Shown here piece after piece: positions 1 to 13,280 of a stretch of 64,000 bases of DNA; within the stretch, counting starts at the first letter, position 1, and the number at the start of each line of letters is the position of its first letter. The notes below the pieces were generated by a model. It searched no databases, was not told the origin of the DNA, and was given only the letters and a program-made list of their open reading frames with translations. The translations under genes and the position numbers were made by a program. The stretch is from Trichoplax adhaerens (Eukaryota > Animalia > Placozoa), in NCBI RefSeq assembly GCF_000150275.1, contig NW_002060943.1:12657694-12721693 (forward strand), read 5' to 3'.

Positions 1-539
1 GTAGCAGAATTATGGAATTTTACTTCAAAGTAAAGTTTCTGTCATATCTGATCATTGCAAACGACCATAACGAATTAACCAAAATGAAAACTACTATCAT
101 TTTAGAATAATCATAAATAGTGCTTAACAATATTTTAAACAAACTTTTACTTAAGCAAGCTGTTTGATCACTTATTAATTGCTAATATTATAACTAACAC
201 TCAATACTGTTTGTGTCTTATAATTTTGGTAGTTTGTCCTTGTATTTGCTATGTTGTTTTCTACTACTATATTCAACATGTCCAAAATAGGAATAATATA
301 ATTTGTGAATTAATTTTTGAATCATTCCAATTCTCGTCAACTCTAAAGAGTAGTAAATGCGTTTAATGTACTTTACAGATTCTTTTGTCGCAAAATGAAA
401 TAATACGGTATCGCAAGAATGTATTTGATATCATCTTGCGTAGCTAATCTATATTAAAAATTTTGAGATTACAAGAGTCTAGTTAGAACAAAATCTGGTA
501 TTTCTAATTTAGCGCCTATAATTAATTAGACAAGTACTT

Positions 540-1674
540 ACCAATTCAAATTATTTCAATCCTAGTATACTGCTCATGTACTCAAATTTGTAAGCATTAA
601 CAGTACGATAAGTTTATTAATTTATTGAACGCTCTCAACGATTCACAGTAGATAATAAAGCTATATGTTGTAGTTGTTAATATTGTGAAATTTATCGATA
701 TGCTATTATTATTAGTGAGTTGTTCATGTTACTATTACTGAAATTGATAGTTGTTGTAATTTAAATTATCAACTAGAAAGTAGACCAAAGAATTTAATCG
801 TGTAAGTAAAAGTAATTACTTTGACACGGTGAGAATATCCATTGACATCATGTATTGCGTTATTAAGTATCTTATGGTCTTGCTCCAGCACAGTTAATAC
901 AGTAGGTATTGTATGTATGTAATGGCCAAATAAGTCATTTACGGAAATTTTCAATGATAGTTTTTGAATTTAAGATAGTCTTTGCAACTGAGATTTATCA
1001 ATTTAAAGTTTATGAAATAATATTTAAACGCAATTTATATACTTCTTTTTTAAATAGCGAAGTTTATTGTATAGCTTTCAACTTTCATTTAAAAGGCTCT
1101 GGCGAGCGTAGTAAGGACAAATAATATTATGATTATAAGCAATAATTGATAGCACGGTAATGATAATTAATGGGTAAAGGACAATATTTGTGGATAACAG
1201 TTCCATTATGAATTTGAAAGTAACTTTAGATAATTAGAATATTGCAATCGGAAGGATAGCATCTACTTAGCATTTTATACTGGTAGGGATATGAACAATT
1301 ACATATTACAATGACGACAGTTATCGCTTTGTAGCGCAATGATAATGCGATCGATTTTAAGACATCATAACTTGTGTATTTTAAGATTGTAGATGGCAGA
1401 ATGGATATACATATATATTAGAGTAGATTTTTGGATTGTTATTGATAGCATGGATCATTTTGAATTTTAATTTTATAGCTGAGTAAAATCATTTTGAGGA
1501 TATGATAATAGTTATTGTAATACCAGCAATTTATGCACACTTCAATTGTAACAGTTCATACCAGACCACGCCAGAATTAATTTAGAGTGCAGGAATATTG
1601 ATTTAGGATTGCCAATTCATTAATGAGAGCCATTTAAATGTCTTGTTACCATACCGAGTACCACCATTGCTATC
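540..1674 (-). pseudogene. Heavily decayed ionotropic glutamate receptor-like pseudogene (S1-M1-M2-S2 remnants)
   Basis: Collinear minus-strand fragments with stops and frameshifts. 1674-1562 reads DSNGGTRYGNKTF/NG/LINELA..IPAL*INSG (compare iGluR DGKYG...WNGMIGEL..APLTIT..R). 1266-1070 reads VDAILP..FKFIMELLSTNIVLYPLIIITVLSIIAYNHNIICPYY..SLLNES*KLY (compare VDFS.P..F.F..PL..M1..SPY..NSLW). 954-600 reads ISVNDL..SHRVKVITFTY..TYSFIIYCESLRAFNKLINLS (compare S2 SAEDL..RV..GYGIA...S.L...VNLA). Weaker upstream remnants may reach ~2570. Confidence 0.42.
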
Positions 1675-3489
1675 CTAAAGACTGATATTTTAAAGAATAA
1701 TTCGTTAGCATAATATTCAGATAGAAAATAGAATCTGACAAAGTAATATAGAGTACATCATAATTTAAACTTTCGAATCATTCTATGATCGTGTGATTTA
1801 GACCAGACTTTCTTTAATAATATAATTATAAATATTCGTATGTACAGTGATGCAGAAAGGTATATTACATCGATTGCTACTGAAGTTGCTGAAACTTGCT
1901 TTAGACCAAGATTACTATAAGTAACGCTGAGTAGGGTCTAAATACTACTTCACTGACTAGAATGTAATTACCCCAATGATCAAGAGATCTAACTGTTTAA
2001 TGGAGTAAATAGTAGCGTGCCGTATTAATGCATAGATAGTTTAGTGGGATAATTTTAATTACAATAGGAGTGCAACGTAACACTTGCAATTCCATGTCGA
2101 TAAGGCAGCCACTAATAGATCTACAAGTAACTCTATCGTTTTTAAATAACACCGCTTAAGACGTAACATTTTATTTCTGATTTATTGCTTGATTACTAAC
2201 ATTGGCCATCAATGGGTAGATTTGCTCTATTAATGCAAGGATTTATTTATTGAAAACGATATCGCAATCATAATAGTTTGACATTTGATCAACATCATTA
2301 AAGGCAATTTGAATGAAATTTCAACTCATTTTTCGTGTAAATCCATGAAATGAAAGTGACGGTATATACAGCTGAAATCACAGGAATCCTTCTCAATTTA
2401 TCGATTGTATAGGAGCCATGCTGCTGTTTACTTATACCGGTTGATTTTTAGCAGCTAAACTTAACTTATTCCCTATTAATGAATATTATTAATCATCATA
2501 AGGTTATCGCCTTAGCCATTGATGCCATAATGATCCTCATTATTCAATACCATTAGTTAGAATATTATAAGATGCTACAAGAGTATAGCGAAAAATGGAA
2601 GGTAGAGTTGTTTAACAACGTCTTATCATCTTCATATATCAAGATATTTTACTAAATCTTGCACTAAAAGAGAGGATTTCTTACCCCTCCACTTTTTAGC
2701 AGTTAGACTTTTTCTACTGACTGGAACACAAATCATTCATCCTAAGATTTCTAGTATCGTTCATTCAATGTCATGATGACCATGATATCCATACTATAAA
2801 GTACAGCTCCTTGCTCCTGCCAATTAGCCTATCCTAAATATTTTAAATATTTCAATGGTCATGATTTTTGACTAGTAGCTATCCCCTCCTTAAGTCAAGA
2901 ATTTAAAGCTCTTCTTATTGTACCTAGGTGGAAGCCGTCATGAAATTGAATTCTTGTCCCCAAATTCCCGTCAAAAGCTCATTCTCCTCCAAGGTGGTAT
3001 AAGGAGTTCTATCTATGAGAATTAAGACTCTATTCTCAACGGTTAATTATCTTGTACCCTTCCTCATTGTCGGCTATACAAGTCTTTATTATAGCTACTA
3101 ATCCACGAGAACGACAATCAATAGTGCCATAATGACAATAGCCAAGAATCATTTTTTTTCTCGCCTCTCCCAGATAATGGAGCTTAGCACCATGTCGTTC
3201 TTGGCGATTTGATGTCTATTATGTATATTAATAAATTATATAATTGAGCGGGATATATTCTAGTATATCTAATTATTCACCATCAAATTATAATAAGCAA
3301 TCTCACGTGATTGGCCACTATTGCAAGCAGCAAGGTGAAAAAATTGTCTCATGTATCTACTCTTCGTTTCTATTGATAATCACTCATGGAATGAACACAG
3401 GACATGAGCAACTGCAAGCTAATCAATCAATCTTTATTCCCTTCACCACGAATTAATAATCATTTCTCGCAAAACTCTTTCCTCCACAG

Positions 3490-3780
3490 GAATGACAAGA
3501 GAGAACTTCTCATAGAGAAGCTTGTGCTAGCGGGAGCAATCGACTGATAATGGTTGCTATGGGCTACCGCGAGTTGGCAAGGAACAAGGATCCCATCTGC
3601 GCATGTGTAAATCCTGCTGCATCTACCGTTGGACGGACCTCATCGACTGGGTGGAAGCAGGAAAACCAACGAGGCCAAGAAAAAATTTTTCACAACGCTA
3701 TTCCGTTTAATTTGGACGAGTAAACCGTCTTCCAACGTTAATGGGAAGGAAGATTTCTATTCAAGGACAAGAGAAAGAAA
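3490..3780 (+). other. Putative non-coding 5'-UTR exon of the TPR-ZU5-UPA-Death gene, containing a 57-aa uORF (3550-3723)
   Basis: GC-richer block bounded by a strong acceptor (ctctttcctccacag|) and donor (|gtaagt at 3781). A pyrimidine-rich acceptor at 4923 lies 52 nt before the ATG at 4975. No frame stays open through the block. Confidence 0.35.
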
Positions 3781-4974
3781 GTAAGTTGCGTATTGAACTC
3801 TTAGGTTGTCGAATTAGATCGGTATTTGGCGTCCATTGATTGATTGAGTAGCGGATTGTTGCATTCGTTTACTACTTTTACGCCTTGGTGGGGCTTAGCA
3901 GTCTGCTTGCAAATCTTGAATGCATGATAGCCTTTGGATAGGCCTTGCTCGAGTAAATTTAATGTGCCATTACAGTTGGAAAAAGTCTTTTAATGTTCTA
4001 ATATACTAACTGTCAAAGTTTAGTTACAGATACTATAGGATAGAACTCCATTAATGTGTGCTATAAGTGACTTATGCTGACTCTACCCATGCTGCACTAT
4101 TTTTTAAATTTCATGGCTCATGATGGGCTTCCATTTCAAGTTTGAGTAGCGTGTGGGTTCCCTTGCACTTAACTGCCTCTTTATGCATGATTGGCCTCGA
4201 TCGAACCAGTTCAAATTGCCATTGAAGTTGAAATAAATCGTTTAGCAGTACGGTGTACTAGAGTTACAGGCAATCTTAGATTTGAGTAACGAGTAGGTCT
4301 CCTTACATTTAGCAGTCACGGTGGGCACGATTGCGATCATGTTACAAATTACAATCGATCGTTACGCGATATGCCAGCATGATGGCAGTAGTTTGCAATC
4401 CTTTGCTGGTAAACCATTATAGAATACTTTCTAAGCAATAAACAGTCCCCTGACGTACAGTAACGTATAGTAGCAGTATTTGCATTACCTTGTTATTAGA
4501 CTAAAATAGAATGCTTCTTTACGATGAGCAGTTGCCCGATGTATGATAGGCCTCACACGAAGAAATTGAAGTTATAAGTGTAGTTAAAAATCATTTTGGT
4601 AGTACTGTACTGTATACTAAAGTTACAGATACGACAGAACAAATTCTATCTACCTCAATAAGTAACTTGCATGGATTCTCCAGTGAAAATTGTGCGTACT
4701 TCATCCCATGTTGTGTAGCGTGTACATCTTCTCACATGTAGCTGCATATAATTGACCACGATTGTACAAATTCAAGTTCTAATTCCTATTGGAATAATCA
4801 GTTAACCTCTTAATACTTTATTAGTAACCTGTACAGATTCTTCATGCTTGCGATTTATACCATACTTAACTTCAATCCTTGGGACACTGTAAATCGTACT
4901 TATTTCTTTCCATCTGTGTTTAGAGTAAAAGCTGCAATTGAACTGATATAATTTTAAGTTTCATTGGTAGCAGC

Positions 4975-7900
4975 ATGGCAGAGGCTGTAATTCAACAGCG
5001 CAATTCTATTCTTGCTACTGCGAATCCACGATTTGTCAGAGGATACTATCAGCAATGTTTGACCCTCTACGATCAAGCTCTACAATGTACCTTAACCTTA
5101 CAGCAATTGCTAAACGATGATGATAACAATGACATCTGTAATCAAGCTTTATGTGATGATTATTTAAACTTATCCAAAACCTATTGTCGTCAACATCGTT
5201 ATGATAAAGCACGCAGTTATTGCGATCAGTCGCAGACCTTAGCAGTCAAGTTAAATGATAAACTACGTGTGGCTCATAGCCTTGATGCTTTTGGTAACAT
5301 TAAGAAAGAAATAGGCCAATATGAGGATGCACTCAATGATTTTGAAGCTGCGTTGAAATTAAAATTAGAACTGAAAGGGAAAGATAGCCAAGATGTTGCT
5401 CTATCCTACAGTTATATTGGTAATACGTATTCTATCATTGGAAAATTAGATGAAGCTAAGGAATCGCTATACAAGGTTATCGATCGTGACAAACACGTCT
5501 TACGCTTGGGGAATACTGTTACAAGTGTTGAATTAGTAGAGTCATTTAATGTGCTTGGATTTGTCTATTGTCTACAACGTAGATTTAGTCTATCGATGCT
5601 AATGCATAAGAAATGTCTCAAGTTGATCATGAGCCTGCTGAAAGATGATACCGCCAGCTTGGATCTTGCTCTGTGCTATGGCCATATAGGCATGATGTAT
5701 AGCTTACAAGATAGCTTTATTGAATCTACTTCGTGTCATGATAAAGCGATGAAAATGGCGCTATCGATAGCAGGCGAGAAATGTGTCGAAGTGGCACGAA
5801 TTTTTATATGGAAAGCCAAACTTAGTCAATCGAAAGGTGATGTTGGTGAAGCCATAAAGTATATGAAGAAAGCTCTAAAGATTCAAACGGATATATTAGG
5901 AAAGAAACATGTTCTAATTTCTGATGCCCATGACTTATTAGGTACACTGTATATGTCGCATGGGAAACTAGATGATTCGTTCACGTCTCTATTTATATCA
6001 CTAAATATTCGACAGGAAATACTTGGAGAAAATTGCTTGCCTGTTGCAACAGTATATGTATCAATAGGAAACATTTTCTTTCTAAAATCAAGCTATCTAG
6101 ATGCTTTAATGTACTACCGTAAGTCATTAGACATCCAATTAGATATTTTAGGCGATAATAGTTTAGATGTTGCGTCGTCTTATCATAACTTGGGCAATGT
6201 ATACGTGTCACTTGGGGACCCTGATGAGGCCTTACCTGCATACCAAAAATCTTTAGAGATTTTAATCCGACTTTTAGGAGAAGATCATATTGATGTTGCA
6301 GCTACTTATGAAGATCTGGGCCGATTTTTCGATAGACAACAAAAGTATGCTGAAGCACTACCCATGTTTCAAGCAGCGTTAAATAAACAAGTAGCCATTT
6401 TTGGCGATTCGAACGTTATTGTAGCTGGCTTATATGGCAAGGTAGGCGAAGTTCATCATCATTTAAACCAGGATGAAGAAGCTTTGCCTTTATATCGAAA
6501 GTCATTAGAGATATTTCAAAAATTTGGGGCGGAAAGCTATGGAGCTGTTGCGAAGACCCACAAATGCATCGCCGATAGTTATTATAATTTAAAGATGTAC
6601 AACGATGCTTTAGATCAATACAAACGCGCATTGTCAGTTAGGACCAAAGTTACAGGCGAATGCCATGTTGACGTAAATGAATTACGAGAAAAAATCGCTG
6701 CCATCTACAACAAGCAAAATAGATATGGCGATGCTATAGAAATGCATCAAAAAGCACTTGTCGCTAAAATAGCGCTGCTTGGAGAAGATCATCTCGAAAT
6801 CGCTGAAATACATGATACAATAGGTGGTCTTTACAGTTTACAAAATAAATTTGAAGATGCGCGTTCAGCATTCGACAAAGCTTTAAGCATTCGTAAAAGC
6901 AAAAAAGGAGAAAAGAGTCTAGATGTAGCTTTAACGTATGACCGCATTGCTACAATTGATATACAACTTAAATCGTATGACGATGCCTTAAAGTTGCTTG
7001 AAAAATCGTTAGCAATTCGAAAGGATATCCTCGGTGAAGACACTTTAGAAGTTGCTAGTTCTTATTCTCACATAGCTGCTGCTTATAAATGTCAAAACAA
7101 GTTTGAAAATGCTTTGTCCTATCTTGAAAAGGGATTAGCTATTAAATTACAGAAAGTGGGTGAAACTAGTGTCGAAGTTGCTGAATCATACAACAACATT
7201 GCCACCATTTACCAATATCAAAAACTATATGACATGTCATTGGTCTTGTTTAAAAGAAGCTTAGCAATTTTGATCAATCTGCTAGGTGAAGATACGTTGG
7301 AAGTGACTTCAGCAATTAACAATATTGCTAAAATTTATCAATTCCAGGGGAAAATGGAAAATGCAGTATCAATGTTTGAAAAATCGTTATCAATTCGTAT
7401 CAAATTAATGGGAGATTATGATCTAAATGTTGCCGATTCCTATAATAGCATTGGATATAGCTACTTAAAGCAGCATCGATACGATGAAGCGTTATTGAAT
7501 TATGAAAAAGTCTTAGTAATTCGACAAAGTATCCTTGGAGAAGATTCTTTCGATGTTGCAAATGCCTGTAATAATATAGGCTATGTCTATCAATCGAACA
7601 GTAAGTATCAAGATGCACTAGAGAAATTTATGAAAGCATTGTCTATTCAGAGAAACATCACAGGTGCCAATGGGCTAGATGTAGGTATTTCTTATCGAAA
7701 CATTGGGAGAATTCATGACAAACAACACAATTACAAGTACGCTGGACTGTTATTTCAGAAATCATTAACAATTCAAATTGAAACCTATAAAACACATCAT
7801 TTAGGTATTTGTGAAGGTTATTACGATGTTGGTAGGAATTTGGCACTACAATATCGTTTTGTTGAAGGCATTGAAAAGTATCAGAAATCGTTAACTGTGG

Positions 7901-10900
7901 CTATTTTACTTTGTGGTGAAAATAATGTTTATGCAGCATTAACGTTTAATGATATTGGTTGTATCTATCAATTGCAATGTCGTTATAACGATTCGTTGTC
8001 AATGTACGAGAAAGCTTTAAGAATGCGAGTGGAAGTATTGAGTGAAAATAGTTTAGCAGTAGGATTGACCTATTGTAACTTGGGCAGCTTGTCAGAGACA
8101 CAAGGCGATTATAATCAAGCATTGTCGTTTTATCGAAAATGCTGGAATATATGGCTATCTGTACTTGGAGATAACAACCTTAAAGTAGCTTTGGCCTCCG
8201 CTAATATTGCCAATATATATACGTTACAAGGAAAGTATGCTGATGCTGTTGCAATCTTTCAAAATGCTAGTAGCATTGTAAAAGAATCGGTTGGAGAAAG
8301 TGATATATATTACGCTAATCTATGTAATAAAATTGGTATCGCTTATCACCGACAAGGGAAGTATAATGATGCCCTATCGATGCACCAAAAGGCTGTAGAA
8401 ATACAAAAAATGATACTAGATGGCAAAAATTTACATGCTGCTGATTCTTACCGAAATATTGGTATAATCTATACATCACAAGGCAATTATGAACTTGCAA
8501 TATCGACATACCAGCAATCGTTAGAAATTTTGCGACAACTATTAACTGAGAAAAATTTAGCTATTGCCTACGTTAGGAACAACATTGCTAATACATTTCT
8601 ATTGCAAGGAAGACTTATCGATGCCTTAAATATCTTTCAACAATCTCTATCTCTTCAGAAGCAATTACTTGAAGAGAAATATTCCGTCATTGCAAAATCT
8701 TATGGCTCAATTGGATGTGTTTATTACAGAATGCATAAATATGATGAAGCTTTAACGAACTGTAGGAAATCGATTAGCATATTGGAAGAGTTGGACGAAG
8801 ATGCCAATTTAGATCTAGCGATGGCATACTCAAATATTGGATTAGTTTACAAAGCAATAGGAAAGTATGCGGAAGCATTTAAAATGCTTGATAAATGTTT
8901 AATGCTACAGTTAGAAAATATCACTGAGGAAAATTTTGATATCGCCGATACCTATAGTAACATCGGCCTCATTTACCAATCGCAAGGACAGTATGAGAAA
9001 GCAATTGCTGCTCATCAAAAATCGCTAGAAATTCGCCAGAGACTGGGCGGGGATAAATGTTTACAAGCAGCATGTACCTATCAAAATATTGGACTCATTT
9101 ATCAGCTACAAAGTAGATATGATGATGCCCAGTCATTCTCAATAAAAGCCTTAGAAATACAATTAGAAATTCAAGGAGAAATTAGTTCAGATGTTGCTAA
9201 AATTTATCGTAATCTAGCCGTGATACACATTTCGAGAGATGAACGACAAGCTGCTATGGATATGCTCGATAAATGTCTTAGTATAGAACTTAAGCTAACT
9301 GGAGAGGAAAGTTTAGAAGTAGCTCAATGCTATGAAGATATGGCAAAAATATTTCAATCAGAGGATAACATTGAAAAATTTAAAACTAATGTAAATAAGG
9401 CGTCAAAAATTCAATGGAAAATATTAGGACCCGACAAATTAACAAAGATTAAATCTCAGAATGGTCTTCAAGTGCGTTATAAATCTAACGAGTATTACAA
9501 TAATCTACTAGGTGAATTACAACAGTCTGTTAGTATGAGACTGTATTCTTGGATAGATATTCGTACTGATGTTATAAATTTGAATGGCGTCGTTGGATAT
9601 ACTCGGCAATTAACAGGTATTATATATAGTATTGGACTACTGTAATTATGGTTACGTGAGGATGTAAATATCGAGCCTATAACGAATTTTATATCTGATT
9701 TTTAATTATGTTAGAGAGTGTTAAACCGGACTATTTGAAGCCTGATAAAAGGCATGAAGCCAGAATTAGATATCAAAATCAAGACGATATCAAACTGGAA
9801 AGATATCTCTACCCAGGCATGACTGCAGGTAATGTGAGATAGAGATTGTTGAAATAGGCACGTTGTATCATGATTTTGTATTTCACAAAATACGTAAAAT
9901 TAAAGGGAGCATAATTTGAAAATAGTAACTGTTATATACGAATTATTCTACTGTAGTATATTCTCTTCTCAGAATTTGTGTAATCATTAAGTTCATTAAG
10001 TCGTATGTATTTATGGCCTAGAATAGTAGAGTCTATTAACGCGTAATTGATTTTATTTTAGCGGAAGAAGGACTTCCTGAAGTATCCAAATTATGTAAAA
10101 ATGATCGAGATACCATCATTGCCGTACCCAATGTGCCTGGACTGCAACTATTTATACCTGCGCAAAGCTTAGAAGATAGTATTCGATGCACTTTATCGGC
10201 TCTTTATGCCGATGCACCTTATATTAATGGAATACCTAATCAACCTAGTTTTCAGTTAATTCCTCTATCGACAATAGTTAGGATCGAGCCAAATATAAGT
10301 CTTGCTTATAACATTGATAATAATAATACCACCTTGCAAATACCTATGCCAGTAGCAGAAGAAGTAACGCAACACCTTGGTGTAGAGTCTGTTAAGTGTC
10401 TAGATATACGTATATTAAGCCGGAACAGAGATGGCGATGTTTGGAGAGAAGAATACATTGATTACCAGCATCGAATGGATGAAAATGGCTGTCCGTGTGT
10501 TGCTTTAGCGATCAGTCGCTTGGCAGATTACTTGGTCACCGCTACCGTTTATACTTCCAAATTATTACTACATAAAAATAGTTTTCCCAGCTATCAGCAA
10601 GATGTTTCTGTCTTGTGCTATCTTTCCGAGATTCATCGTGGTTCAAATAGGGTCCGTTTGAAAGTAGTTATCGCAAGAAAGAGCGATGACAATACGGAAA
10701 TTGTAGAGCAAATTCCGACCAAATTTCGCCACACTGAAGCTATTAGTACAGGGCTAGAAGGTACTATTTTGGAAAACGGCCGATATAGCGCCGAATTTAA
10801 AGAGGAAGAGCTGCAATGCGTACAAGAGGACAGTATTGTTCAACCTATCATCGTAGATTGGAACAGCTGTTCCTTTTATGTACTTAATTTTCTATGTCTT

Positions 10901-11697
10901 GTAAAAGACCCCAACAAAAAACTAGAAAAACTCTGCTCGATTGTCCTCAAACCTGAGAGCACTCAGATAGATTTACAGCCTAAATATTGCACTATAGAGG
11001 TTTGTAGACTGGGGACAACGTCAAATTTATTGTAGTAGATACTAAAATAATTAACTTGAAGTGCTACTAATAATCTATTTCTAATGGGTTATACTAATCC
11101 TTGAATAGAACGTAACATCAGAAAATGACAATAATAGCAATAGCCGGGATACTACTGATGAAAAGTTAAACCTCTCCGCCTTGCGAATAGGTACTTTGTT
11201 TACGTTAGAAATTAAGTTTCAGTGACTTCTGTTAGAGGATGATTTTTAATTCAGATCGTCTTTATTAAAGCGTGCAGCCTATGATAGCTGAGATATACGT
11301 CATGTGGTTTACGTCCTGACAAATTTATACCTTTTACCTTATAGAATATAGTTTAACTGTTACTACTGTGTTTATTAATTCTAATACATGCGCGTATCTT
11401 TTTTGTCTTGTTAACGTAGATACTAAGCTAAATTTTACTATTATTGCGGAAAAGATCGGTGATGATTGGGTTCAATTAGCAACATTATTAGATCCTAACA
11501 TTGCTACTGATGATATCGAATTGACTAAGCAAACATCAAACGATAAAGCTTTGTCTTGGCTAACAAGATGGCGTAGTCAACATGGATATACTGCAACCAA
11601 GGACAGTATAATTGAAGTGCTTGAACAAATCGATCGTCAAGATATTATCAAGCAAATTATTAATACTGCGGATTCCACTAATAAAGCGGATGCTTAA
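4975..11697 (+). CDS. TPR-repeat (kinesin-light-chain type, ~42-aa units, ~33 copies) protein with C-terminal ZU5-UPA-like and Death domains, ~2017 aa, 5 coding exons
   Basis: Exons 4975-9616, 9715-9828, 10062-10999, 11109-11190 and 11420-11697 join through GT-AG introns in consistent phase (1,1,0,1), giving 6054 nt of open frame. TPR consensus is VAxSYxNIGxxYxxQGxYxxALxxYxKSLxIxxxxLG. ZU5-like segment is GLQLFIPAQSL..LSTIVRIEP..LQIPMP..IRILSR..W..CVALAISRLADYLV, followed by a beta-rich UPA-like segment. Death domain is IAEKIGDDWVQLATLL..DIE..KALSWLTRW...G..AT..SIIEVLEQIDRQDI. Confidence 0.88.
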
Positions 11698-12914
11698 TTT
11701 AGTTTATATATTATACTACGATATCTTGCTGTGATAAATACACTGTTATTAATATGACTAGCCCAAGATAAGCCAGAAGTTGACTTAACGGCTTTTAGTG
11801 CTGTTAGTGCATTCGCATTAGTCAGAATTTGACTTACCCGTTGTTAGAGTTGTTAATGCGATAGTGAAATTAATGCTAGATAAGACAGATGATGATCTAT
11901 CAGTTCATACAGTACTGTACGATTTCGTAGTGTACAAGGACAACAACCAATGGTTTATTTGGATTACATTTTACAATTATGACTGTAATAGAATATCGTA
12001 TGCATGGTGAAAGCTTGTAATTGAGTTCTATTGTATTAAAAAATATCGATAAAAGCCGGACTTACGTCTTCGTCAAATTTTTACTAGTTTGATTCTAAAT
12101 TATTGATTTAAACTATTTCGTGCCTTATATGTTCTTTTATATATAACATTTACTGTTGATGAGTGCCTTAATGGACTAATCTCAATAGATATAGAGAAGA
12201 AAGTCACTGTTATCAATTTAATACTGATAAAGTTCATGCTACTTTTTGAATAATTCGTAACTTAGCTAACCACTATTTCAAAGATGATTTTATTTATTGG
12301 ATAATTTTTATATTTTCTCCTACATGATTTATTGATCGTGATTATTATATTAAAGGGTAAATGATTTACAGCATATATATCTCATAGTAGTCTAGTCGTG
12401 CACGTGTGATACCGGTCGTCGTTTAGGTAGTGGTCGAGGGTTTGTTGTAAAGTTAAAATAACGCTAATCGTTGGTTAGAACAAATTACGTAAATTTTAAA
12501 CTTTAGTCAACATTAGCTTTAGAGTTCGATAATAGAACAAGATTTCTTATCATAGAAGATGACAACTTGCTTAATTTATTTACATGTAATTAGTGTCAGT
12601 ATATTCTGTATTGCAAGGTTTAGTATTAAATATCTGAGCTACTTTGAATGCCACTCAGTCAAAAAAGAGGTCGTCTAGAAGTCGTGTTAAACGAAAAAGA
12701 GAAATCCATAACTTTTTACCAATAAAATTTCTGTGCTTAACTATATTAAAAATATCTTGCGTTAAACGGCTTTTCTAGTGGACGTAGTTTATTATCATAC
12801 TGTAATTAACTTTATTGGAATTCGCATATACTTTTTATCGTACCTTGTAAGCTGTATAATAGAAATCCATGTTACTAACCATAAATATCTACTTTTAAAT
12901 TTTTTGCTATGCAA

Positions 12915-13280
12915 TTAGAATGCATAATCAATATTTAAATTTATTATTGACGATGATTCTATTGGATTCTTGGCTTTCTTCAACAATTTTCTTTCATATT
13001 TTTGCACTGTAATTACTGAACTTCTTTCAAGTAACTTAGAAAACTGTGCAAAATCATGTCCGCTGCGTTTGTTACATAAAATATCCCGTAGCTTTACCGT
13101 CCTATCTTTTTCAGAAATTATGCTTTTAATATCATTACAAATTTTGCAGCTATTAAAGTTCCATGTATGTTGTCTTCTCTCGCAGAATGAAACATACTTA
13201 CTATATGATATTTGATGCTGCTGATCTCCAATAATAAAATTAAGAACTTTACGCTCGTGAAGAATTATAACTGTCTTTGT
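12915..13280 (-). pseudogene. CARD-like domain fragment (C-terminal half), probable pseudogene copy 1
   Basis: Stop-to-stop 121-aa frame with no ATG, reading ...NDIKSIISEKDRTVKLRDILCNKRSGHDFAQFSKLLERS... This matches the CARD helix 4-6 pattern (I....TR..K.R.LLD.L..KG..AF..F...L). It is a nucleotide paralogue of 16402-16580, including the 3' flank. Confidence 0.55.

Noticed and set aside
5883-8509. Short minus-strand ORFs within the TPR exon
   Set aside because: Antisense shadows of a long coding frame; they recur with the repeat and show no independent motifs.
9617-11419. ORF-track starts and stops treating 4975-9645, 10133-11035 and 11368-11697 as three genes of an operon
   Set aside because: Their ends run into introns and two start at GTG; canonical splice sites join them in frame into one gene.
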